From the human T2T-CHM13v2.0 reference genome, Homo sapiens, in the NCBI RefSeq assembly GCF_009914755.1, contig NC_060948.1: a stretch of 64,000 nucleotides of DNA. The stretch is one strand, 5' to 3'. Below are positions 1 to 10,988 of the stretch, piece by piece. The position numbers and the translations under genes are program-made. Numbering within the stretch: position 1 is the first letter of the stretch; every line of letters starts with the position of its first letter. The notes beneath the pieces were generated by a model. That model made no database searches and had not been told where the DNA came from. It saw only the letters and a list, made by a program, of their open reading frames with translations.

Positions 1-1795
1 ATGGAATCGAATGGATTGGAAAGGAATAGAATGGAATGGAATAGAATGGACTCAAATGGAATGGACTAGAATGGAATGGATTCGAATGGAAGGCAAAGGA
101 ATGGAATCTATTGGAATGGACTGTAATTGAATGGAATGGAAGGGATTGGAATGGACTCGAATAGAATGGACTGCAATAGAAAGGATTCGAATGGAATGAA
201 AAAGAATTGAATGGAATAGAACAGAATGGAATCAAATCGAATGAAATGGAATGGAATAGAAAGGAATGGAATGAAATGGAATGGAAAGGATTCGAATGGA
301 ATGCAATCGAATGGAATGGAATCGAACGGAATGGAATAAAATGGAAGAAAACTGGCAAGAAATGGAATCGAAATGAATGGAGTGTTATGGAACGGACTCA
401 AAAGGAATTGAATGTAATAGAATGGAGTGGAGTGGACTCGAATATAATGGACTGGAATGGAATGAAATCACATGGAATGGGAACGAATGGAATGGAATGG
501 AAAGGAATGGAATCGAATGGAAAGGAATCGAATGGAAGGGAATGAAATTGAATCAACAGGAATGGAAGGGAATAGAATAGACGGTAATGGAATGGACTCG
601 AATAGAATGGACACGAATGCTCAAATTGAATGGACTCGAATGGAATGGAAACGAAAGGAATGTCATCGAATGGAATTGAATCGATTGGAATGAAATCGCA
701 TAGAATGGAGTGGAATCAAATGGAATTGAATCGAAAGGAAAGGAAGCGAATGGACTGAAATGAAATGGAATGGAATTGAATGGAAAGTAATGCAATGGAA
801 TAGAATGGAACGAAATTTCACGGAATGGAATCAAACTGAATGGAATCAAATCAATGGAATCAAATCAAATGGAACGGAAAGGAATTGAATGGAGTAGATT
901 GGATTGGATGGGATTGGAATGAAATGTACTGGAAAGGACTCGAATTTCATGAAACGGAATGGAATGAATTGGAACGGAATGGACTCGAATGGAATGGAAT
1001 GTCATGGAATGGCATCAAATGGAATGGCATCAAATGGAATGGAATCGAATGCAATGGAATGCTATGGAATGGAATGGAATGCATTGGAATGGAATGTCCT
1101 CTAATGGAATGGATTCGAGTGGAATGGAATCGAATATAATGGAGTCGAATGAAATGGAATTGAAAGGAATGGGATCGAATACAATGGAATATACTGGAAT
1201 GTAATGTAATGAACTCGAATGTAATTGACTGGAATGGAATGTACATGAATGGAAGGTAATCGAATGGAAAGTAATCCAATGGAATAGAATCTAATGCAAT
1301 AAAACCGACTCAGATAGAGTAGAATGTAATGGAATGGAGTGCAGTGCAATGGAATGGAATGGAATTGAATGCAATGGAATGGAATGGAATGGAATGGAAT
1401 GGAATGGAATGGAATGGAATGGAATGGAATGGGATGGAATGGTATGGAATGGATAGTAATGGACTGGAGTGAAATGGACTGGAAAGGAATGGACTCAAAT
1501 TGAAAGGGCTCGAAAGGAATGGAGTCAAATGGAATGGTCTGGAATGGAATGAACACGAATGTAATGCAATCCAATAGAATGGAATCGAATGGCATGGAAT
1601 ATAAAGAAATGGATTCGAAGAGAATGGAAACAAATGGAATGGAATTGAATGGAATGGAATTGAATGGAATGGGAACGAATGGAGTGAAATTGTATGCAGT
1701 AGAAGGGAATAGAAAGGAATGCAAGCGAAAGGAAAGGAATGGATTGGAATGGAATGGAATTCATTGGAATGGAAGGGAATGTAGTGTAATGGACA
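1..1795 (+). repeat. Partial DYZ1 unit (window start)
   Basis: Colinear with 5651-7445, ending at the first HaeIII landmark. Confidence 0.92.
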
Positions 1796-1813
1796 GGCCT
1801 GGAATAAAGTGGA
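1660..1813 (+). other. Classical DYZ1 sexing-PCR target segment (present in every unit)
   Basis: TTGAATGGAATGGGAACGAATGG (1660-1682) and GGACAGGCCTGGAATAAAGTGGA (1791-1813) match, from my recollection, the DYZ1 Y1.2 primer and the reverse complement of Y1.1. The segment contains EcoRI (1757) and StuI/HaeIII (1795/1796). Confidence 0.8.
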
Positions 1814-2170
1814 ATGCTACGGTCTCGAATGGAATAAAAATGTATGGAATGGAATGCAATGAAATGGAATCGAATGTCATAGAATGTAATGGAATGCAAC
1901 AAAATGGAATCCAATATCATTGACTGGAAAGGCTGGGTGTCGAAAGGAATTGACTCCAATGGAATGGAATCGAATGGAATGGAAGTGAATAGAATCGAAC
2001 TAAATCGAATGGAATGGAATTGATAGGAACGGAATGGAAAGGAATGCAATGATTTGGCATGGAATGGAATCGAATGGCATCGAATGGAATGGAATGGAAT
2101 GCAATGGAATGGAATGTATTAGAATGGAATGAACTTTAATGGAATGTACTCGAATGGATTCGACTGGAAT

Positions 2171-2185
2171 GGAATGTTCTGGAAG
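2171..2185. promoter_or_regulatory. Consensus heat-shock element, site 1 (GGAATGTTCTGGAAG); recurs in most units
   Basis: Exact nGAAn-nTTCn-nGAAn. Intact in 11 of 18 copies and GTTGT in 7. Motif match only; binding is not shown. Confidence 0.55.
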
Positions 2186-2450
2186 TGAATGGACTCCAAT
2201 GGAATGGATTCAAAAGGAATGGAATCGTACGGAATGGAATCTAATGGAATGGAATTAAATGGAAATGAATCAAATTGAATAGCACGGAATTGAATTGAAT
2301 GGAATGGAATGCAATGGAATCTAATGAAACGGAAAGGAAAGGAATGGAATGGAATGGAATGGGCTGGAATGGAAAGGAATCGAAACGAATGGAATGGAAT
2401 CGAACTGAAGAGACTGGAATGGAATGCACTGGAATGGAAGGGAGTGTAAT

Positions 2451-2465
2451 GGAAGGTTCTCGAAA
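2451..2465. promoter_or_regulatory. Consensus heat-shock element, site 2 (GGAAGGTTCTCGAAA); recurs in most units
   Basis: Exact nGAAn-nTTCn-nGAAn. Intact in 17 of 18 copies (lost at 15188). Motif match only. Confidence 0.55.
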
Positions 2466-3476
2466 AAAATGGAATCGAATGGAATGGAATTGAATGGAAC
2501 GGAATAGAGTCGAATGGAATTGAATGGAATGGAATGGACTAGAGTGAAATGGAATCGAACCACAAGGAATGGAGAGGAATAGAATGGTCTCGAATTGAAT
2601 GGAATCGTATGGAATGGCATCAAACGGAATGGAATGGACAGCCACGGAATGGAATGCACTCGAATGCAATGGAGTCGAAACTAATGGACTGGAATAGAAT
2701 GGACTCGACTGGTACGGACTCCAATGGAATGGAATCGAATGGAAGGGAATCGAACGGAATGGACTCGAAGGGAAAAGACTGCAATGGAAAGGTCTCGAAT
2801 GGAATGGAAATTAATGGAATGGAATGGAATCGAATGAAATGGAGTCAAAAGGAATGGAATCGAATGGCAAGAAATCGAATGTAATGGAATCGCAAGGAAT
2901 TGATGTGAACGGAACGGAATGGAATGGAATCCAAAGGAATGGAATAGAATGGAATGGAATCGAATGGAAAGGACTAGAATGGAAATCACTCGAATAGAAT
3001 GCAATTTAATAAAATAGGATCAAATGTAATGGAATGGAATGGAAAGGAATCGAAACGAAAGGAATGGAGACAGATGGAATGGAATGGAACAGAGAGCAAT
3101 GGTATAGAATGGAATGGAATCATCTGGAATGGAATTGAATGGAATGGAATAATATGAAATGGAATGGAATAGAATGGAATGGAATGCCCTTGAATTAAAT
3201 GGACTGGAATGGAATGGACTCGAACAGAGTGGAATGGAAAGTGTTGAGATAGAATGGAATGGACTCCTTTGGAATGGTCTAGTATGCAATGCAATCGACT
3301 GGCAGGGAATCAAAAGGAATGTAATGGAATGGATTGGACTGGAATGCAATGGACAGGAATAGATTGGAAACGGAATGCAAAGGAATGGAATGGAATAGTA
3401 TGGAATGGAATGGAAAGGAATGGAGTGGAATAGACTAGAGTGGAATGCAATGGACTGGAAAGCAATGGACTGGAAT

Positions 3477-3491
3477 GGAACTTTCTTGAAT
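3477..3491. promoter_or_regulatory. Consensus heat-shock element, site 3 (GGAACTTTCTTGAAT); recurs in most units
   Basis: Exact nGAAn-nTTCn-nGAAn. Intact in 14 of 18 copies. Motif match only. Confidence 0.55.
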
Positions 3492-3856
3492 GGACTGGAA
3501 TCAAACGGAATGGAATGCAATGCAATCAAATGGCATGGAATAAAATAGAATGAAAGAGAATCAAATGGAATTGAATCGAATGGAATCGAATGGATTGGAA
3601 AGGAATAGAATGGAATGGAATGGAATTCACTCAAATGGAATGGACTAGAATGGAATGGATTCGAATGGAAGGCAAAGGAATTGAATCTATTGGAATGGAC
3701 TGTAATGGAATGGAATGGAATTGAATGGAATGGGAACGAATGGAGTGAAATTGTATGCAGTAGAAGGGAATAGAATGGAATGCAAGCAAAAGGAAAGGAA
3801 TGGATTGGAATGGAATGGAATTCATTGGAATGGAAGGGAATGTAGTGTAATGGACA

Positions 3857-6800
3857 GGCCTGGAATAAAGTGGAATGCTACGGTCTCGAATGGAATAAAA
3901 ATGTATGGAATGGAATGCAATGAAATGGAATCGAATGTCATAGAATGTAATGGAATGCAACAAAATGGAATCCAATATCATTGACTGGAAAGGCTGGGTG
4001 TCGAAAGGAATTGACTCCAATGGAATGGAATCGAATGGAATGGAAGTGAATAGAATCGAACTAAATCGAATGGAATGGAATTGATAGGAACGGAATGGAA
4101 AGGAATGCAATGATTTGGCATGGAATGGAATCGAATGGCATCGAATGGAATGGAATGGAATGCAATGGAATGGAATGTATTAGAATGTAATGAACTTTAA
4201 TGGAATGTACTCGAATGGATTCGACTGGAATGGAATGTTCTGGAAGTGAATGGACTCCAATGGAATGGATTCAAAAGGAATGGAATCGTACGGAATGGAA
4301 TCTAATGGAATGGAATTAAATGGAAATGAATCAAATTGAATAGCACGGAATTGAATTGAATGGAATGGAATGCAATGGAATCTAATGAAACGGAAAGGAA
4401 AGGAATGGAATGGAATGGAATGGGCTGGAATGGAAAGGAATCGAAACGAATGGAATGGAATCGAACTGAAGAGACTGGAATGGAATGCACTGGAATGGAA
4501 GGGAGTGTAATGGAAGGTTCTCGAAAAAAATGGAATGGAATGGAATGGAATTGAATGGAACGGAATAGAGTCGAATGGAATTGAATGGAATGGAATGGAC
4601 TAGAGTGAAATGGAATCGAACCACAAGGAATGGACAGGAATAGAATGGTCTCGAATTGAATGGAATCGTATGGAATGGCATCAAACGGAATGGAATGGAC
4701 AGCCACGGAATGGAATGCACTCGAATGCAATGGAGTCGAAACTAATGGACTGGAATAGAATGGACTCGACTGGTACGGACTCCAATGGAATGGAATCGAA
4801 TGGAAGGGAATCGAACGGAATGGACTCGAAGGGAAAAGACTGCAATGGAAAGGTCTCGAATGGAATGGAAATTAATGGAATGGAATGGAATCGAATGAAA
4901 TGGAGTCAAAAGGAATGGAATCGAATGGCAAGAAATCGAATGTAATGGAATCGCAAGGAATTGATGTGAACGGAACGGAATGGAATGGAATCCAAAGGAA
5001 TGGAATAGAATGGAATGGAATCGAATGGAAAGGACTCGAATGGCAATCACTCGAATAGAATGCAATTTAATAAAATAGGATCAAATGTAATGGAATGGAA
5101 TGGAAAGGAATCGAAACGAAAGGAATGGAGACAGATGGAATGGAATGGAACAGAGAGCAATGGTATAGAATGGAATGGAATCATCTGGAATGGAATTGAA
5201 TGGAATGGAATAATATGAAATGGAATGGAATGGAATGGAATGGAATGGAATGGAATGCCCTTGAATTAAATGGACTGGAATGGAATGGACTCGAACAGAG
5301 TGGAATGGAAAGTGTTGAGATAGAATGGAATGGACTCCTTTGGAATGGTCTAGTATGCAATGCAATCGACTGGCAGGGAATCAAAAGGAATGTAATCGAA
5401 TGGATTGGACTGGAATGCAATGGACTCGAATAGATTGGAAACGGAATGCAAAGGAATGGAATGGAATAGTATGGAATGGAATGGAAAGGAATGGAGTGGA
5501 ATAGACTAGAGTGGAATGGAATGGACTGGAAAGCAATGGACTGGAATGGAACTTTCTTGAATGGACTGGAATCAAACGGAATGGAATGCAATGCAATCAA
5601 ATGGCATGGAATAAAATAGAATGAAAGAGAATCAAATGGAATTGAATCGAATGGAATCGAATGGATTGGAAAGGAATAGAATGGAATGGAATGGAATGGA
5701 CTCAAATGGAATGGACTAGAATGGAATGGATTCGAATGGAAGGCAAAGGAATGGAATCTATTGGAATGGACTGTAATTGAATGGAATGGAAGGGATTGGA
5801 ATGGACTCGAATAGAATGGACTGCAATAGAAAGGATTCGAATGGAATGAAAAAGAATTGAATGGAATAGAACAGAATGGAATCAAATCGAATGAAATGGA
5901 ATGGAATAGAAAGGAATGGAATGAAATGGAATGGAAAGGATTCGAATGGATTGCAATCGAATGGAATGGAATCGAACGGAATGGAATAAAATGGAAGAAA
6001 ACTGGCAAGAAATGGAATCGAAATGAATGGAGTGTTATGGAACGGACTCAAAAGGAATTGAATGTAATAGAATGGAGTGGAGTGGACTCGAATATAATGG
6101 ACTGGAATGGAATGAAATCACATGGAATGGGAACGAATGGAATGGAATGGAAAGGAATGGAATCGAATGGAAAGGAATCGAATGGAAGGGAATGAAATTG
6201 AATCAACAGGAATGGAAGGGAATAGAATAGACGGTAATGGAATGGACTCGAATAGAATGGACACGAATGCTCAAATTGAATGGACTCGAATGGAATGGAA
6301 ACGAAAGGAATGTCATCGAATGGAATTGAATCGATTGGAATGAAATCGCATAGAATGGAGTGGAATCAAATGGAATTGAATCGAAAGGAAAGGAAGCGAA
6401 TGGACTGAAATGAAATGGAATGGAATTGAATGGAAAGTAATGCAATGGAATAGAATGGAACGAAATTTCACGGAATGGAATCAAACTGAATGGAATCAAA
6501 TCAATGGAATCTAATCAAATGGAATGGAAAGGAATTGAATGGAGTAGATTGGATTGGATGGGATTGGAATGAAATGTACTGGAAAGGACTCGAATTTCAT
6601 GAAACGGAATGGAATGAATTGGAACGGAATGGACTCGAATGGAATGGAATGTCATGGAATGGCATCAAATGGAATGGCATCAAATGGAATGGAATCGAAT
6701 GCAATGGAATGCTATGGAATGGAATGGAATGCATTGGAATGGAATGTCCTCTAATGGAATGGATTCGAGTGGAATGGAATCGAATATAATGGAGTCGAAT

Positions 6801-7445
6801 GAAATGGAATTGAAAGGAATGGGATCGAATACAATGGAATATACTGGAATGTAATGTAATGAACTCGAATGTAATTGACTGGAATGGAATGTACATGAAT
6901 GGAAGGTAATCGAATGGAAAGTAATCCAATGGAATAGAATCTAATGCAATAAAACCGACTCAGATAGAGTAGAATGTAATGGAATGGAGTGCAGTGCAAT
7001 GGAATGGAATGGAATTGAATGCAATGGAATGGAATGGAATGTAATGGAATGGAATGGAATGGAATGGAATGGAATGGAATGGGATGGAATGGTATGGAAT
7101 GGATAGAAATGGACTGGAGTGAAATGGACTGGAAAGGAATGGACTCAAATTGAAAGGGCTCGAAAGGAATGGAGTCAAATGGAATGGTCTGGAATGGAAT
7201 GAACACGAATGTAATGCAATCCAATAGAATGGAATCGAATGGCATGGAATATAAAGAAATGGATTCGAAGAGAATGGAAACAAATGGAATGGAATTGAAT
7301 GGAATGGAATTGAATGGAATGGGAACGAATGGAGTGAAATTGTATGCAGTAGAAGGGAATAGAAAGGAATGCAAGCGAAAGGAAAGGAATGGATTGGAAT
7401 GGAATGGAATTCATTGGAATGGAAGGGAATGTAGTGTAATGGACA
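3857..7445 (+). repeat. DYZ1 unit, 3589 bp
   Basis: HaeIII landmark spacing; longest unit, with expanded GGAAT runs at ~5222 and ~7026. Confidence 0.92.
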
Positions 7446-10400
7446 GGCCTGGAATAAAGTGGAATGCTACGGTCTCGAATGGAATAAAAATGTATGGAAT
7501 GGAATGCAATGAAATGGAATCGAATGTCATAGAATGTAATGGAATGCAACAAAATGGAATCCAATATCATTGACTGGAAAGGCTGGGTGTCGAAAGGAAT
7601 TGACTCCAATGGAATGGAATCGAATGGAATGGAAGTGAATAGAATCGAACTAAATCGAATGGAATGGAATTGATAGGAACGGAATGGAAAGGAATGCAAT
7701 GATTTGGCATGGAATGGAATCGAATGGCATCGAATGGAATGGAATGGAATGCAATGGAATGGAATGAACTTTAATGGAATGTACTCGAATGGATTCGACT
7801 GGAATGGAATGTTCTGGAAGTGAATGGACTCCAATGGAATGGATTCCAAAGGAATGGAATCGTACGGAATGGAATCTAATGGAATGGAATTAAATGGAAA
7901 TGAATCAAATTGAATAGCACGGAATTGAATTGAATGGAATGGAATGCAATGGAATCTAATGAAACGGAAAGGAAAGGAATGGAATGGAATGGAATGGGCT
8001 GGAATGGAAAGGAATCGAAACGAATGGAATGGAATCGAACTGAAGAGACTGGAATGGAATGCACTGGAATGGAAGGGAGTGTAATGGAAGGTTCTCGAAA
8101 AAAATGGAATCGAATGGAATGGAATTGAATGGAACGGAATAGAGTCGAATGGAATTGAATGGAATGGAATGGACTAGAGTGAAATGGAATCGAACCACAA
8201 GGAATGGACAGGAATAGAATGGTCTCGAATTGAATGGAATCGTATGGAATGGCATCAAACGGAATGGAATGGACAGCCACGGAATGGAATGCACTCGAAT
8301 GCAATGGAGTCGAAACTAATGGACTGGAATAGAATGGACTCGACTGGTACGGACTTCAATGGAATGGATTCGAATGGAAGGGAATCGAACGGAATGGACT
8401 CGAAGGGAAAAGACTGCAATGGAAAGGTCTCGAATGGAATGGAAATTAATGGAATGGAATGGAATCGAATGAAATGGAGTCAAAAGGAATGGAATCGAAT
8501 GGCAAGAAATCGAATGTAATGGAATCGCAAGGAATTGATGTGAACGGAACGGAATGGAATGGAATCCAAAGGAATGGAATAGAATGGAATGGAATCGAAT
8601 GGAAAGGACTCGAATGGAAATCACTCGAATAGAATGCAATTTAATAAAATAGGATCAAATGTAATGGAATGGAATGGAAAGGAATCGAAACGAAAGGAAT
8701 GGAGACAGATGGAATGGAATGGAACAGAGAGCAATGGTATAGAATGGAATGGAATCATCTGGAATGGAATTGAATGGAATGGAATAATATGAAATGGAAT
8801 GGAATGGAATGGAATGGAATGCCCTTGAATTAAATGGACTGGAATGGAATGGACTCGAACAGAGTGGAATGGAAAGTGTTGAGATAGAATGGAATGGACT
8901 CCTTTGGAATGGTGTAGTATGCAATGCAATCGACTGGCAGGGAATCAAAAGGAATGTAATCGAATGGAATGGACTGGAATGCAATGGACTCGAATAGATT
9001 GGAAACGGAATGCAAAGGAATGGAATGGAATAGTATGGAATGGAATGGAAAGGAATGGAGTGGAATAGACTAGAGTGGAATGGAATGGACTGGAAAGCAA
9101 TGGACTGGAATGGAACTTTCTTGAATGGACTGGAATCAAACGGAATGGAATGCAATGCAATCAAATGGCATGGAATAAAATAGAATGAAGAAAATGAAAT
9201 GGAATTGAATCGAATGGAATCGAATGGATTGGAAAGGAATAGAATGGAATGGAATGGAATTGACTCAAATGGAATGGACTAGAATGGAATGGATTCGAAT
9301 GGAAGGCAAAGGAATGGAATCTATTGGAATGGACTGTAATGGAATGGAATGGAAGGGATTGGAATGGACTCGAATGGAATGGACTGCAATAGAAAGGATT
9401 CGAATGGAATGAAAAAGAATTGAATGGAATAGAACAGAATGGAATCAAATCGAATGAAATGGAATGGAATAGAAAGGAATGGAATGAAATGGAATGGAAA
9501 GGATTCGAATGGAATGCAATCGAATGGAATGGAATCGAACGGAATGGAATAAAATGGAAGAAAACTGGCAAGAAATGGAATCGAAATGAATGGAGTGTTA
9601 TGGAACGGACTCAAAAGGAATTGAATGTAATAGAATGGAGTGGAGTGGACTCGAATATAATGGACTGGAATGGAATGAAATCACATGGAATGGGAACGAA
9701 TGGAATGGAAAGGAATGGAATCGAATGGAAAGGAATCGAATGGAAGGGAATGAAATTGAATCAACAGGAATGGAAGGGAATAGAATAGACGGTAATGGAA
9801 TGGACTCGAATAGAATGGACACGAATGCTCAAATTGAATGGACTCGAATGGAATGGAAACGAAAGGAATGTCATCGAATGGAATTGAATCGATTGGAATG
9901 AAATCGCATAGAATGGAGTGGAATCAAATGGAATTGAATCGAAAGGAAAGGAAGCGAATGGACTGAAACGAAATGGAATGGAATTGAATGGAAAGTAATG
10001 CAATGGAATAGAATGGAACGAAATTTCACGGAATGGAATCAAACTGAATGGAATCAAATCAATGGAATCAAATCAAATGGAACGGAAAGGAATTGAATGG
10101 AGTAGATTGGATTGGATGGGATTGGAATGAAATGTACTGGAAAGGACTCGAATTTCATGAAATGGAATGGAATGAATTGGAACGGAATGGACTCGAATGG
10201 AATGGAATGTCATGGAATGGCATCAAATGGAATGGCATCAAATGGAATGGAATCGAATGCAATGGAATGCTATGGAATGGAATGGAATGCATTGGAATGG
10301 AATGTCCTCTAATGGAATGGATTCGAGTGGAATGGAATCGAATATAATGGAGTCGAATGAAATGGAATTGAAAGGAATGGGATCGAATAGAATGGAATAT

Positions 10401-10988
10401 ACTGGAATGTAATGTAATGAACTCGAATGTAATTGACTGGAATGGAATGTACATGAATGGAATGTAATCGAATGGAAAGTAATCCAATGGAATAGAATCT
10501 AATGCAATAAAACCGACTCAGATAGAGTAGAATGTAATGGAATGGAGTGCAGTGCAATGGAAGGGAATGGAATTGAATGCAATAGAATGGAATGGAATGG
10601 AATGGAATGGAATGGAATGGAATGGGATGGAATGGTATGGAATGGATAGTAATGGACTGGAGTGAAATGGACTGGAAAGGAATGGACTCAAATTGAAAGG
10701 GCTCGAAAGGAATGGATTCAAATGGAATGGTCTGGAATGGAATGAACACGAATGTAATGCAATCCAATAGAATGGAATCGAATGGCATGGAATATAAAGA
10801 AATGGAATCGAAGAGAATGGAAACAAATGGAATGGAAGTGAGTGGAATGGAATTGAATGGAATGGGAACGAATGGAGTGAAATTGTATGCAGTAGAATAG
10901 AATAGAATGGAATGCAAGCGAAAGGAAAGGAATGGATTGGAATGGAATGGAATTCATTGGAATGGAAGGGAATGTAGTGTAATGGACA
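7446..10988 (+). repeat. DYZ1 unit, 3543 bp
   Basis: HaeIII spacing; 15-bp deletion at ~7765 and 1-bp deletion at ~9190. Confidence 0.92.

Larger units (their letters stand above)
1796..3856 (+). repeat. Internally deleted DYZ1 unit, 2061 bp
   Basis: HaeIII-to-HaeIII distance is 2061. The junction at ~3708-3721 joins CTATTGGAATGGACTGTAAT directly to TTGAATGGAATGGGAACG. Confidence 0.93.

Noticed and set aside
891-920. AGATTGGATTGGATGGGATTGG as a DUX4 site or G-quadruplex
   Set aside because: It does not match the TGATT(A/G)(A/G)ATTA consensus, and the G-runs are mostly GG, like the background.
817-955. Further HSE-like sites (GAAATTTCACGGAA, GAATTTCATGAAA) and TTCGAA palindromes
   Set aside because: They have only two correctly spaced units or wrong spacing, so they were not counted as consensus HSEs.
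2366-3059. Internal motif echoes within the unit (e.g. GGAAAGGAATCGAAACGAA at 2371 and 3041)
   Set aside because: I could not extend them into a consistent sub-period by eye, and they may be chance in a low-complexity alphabet.
335-3545. About six AATAAA hexamers per unit on the + strand
   Set aside because: They arise readily from xxAAT followed by AAAxx, and no GU-rich downstream element is evident. They cannot be called polyadenylation sites without RNA data.
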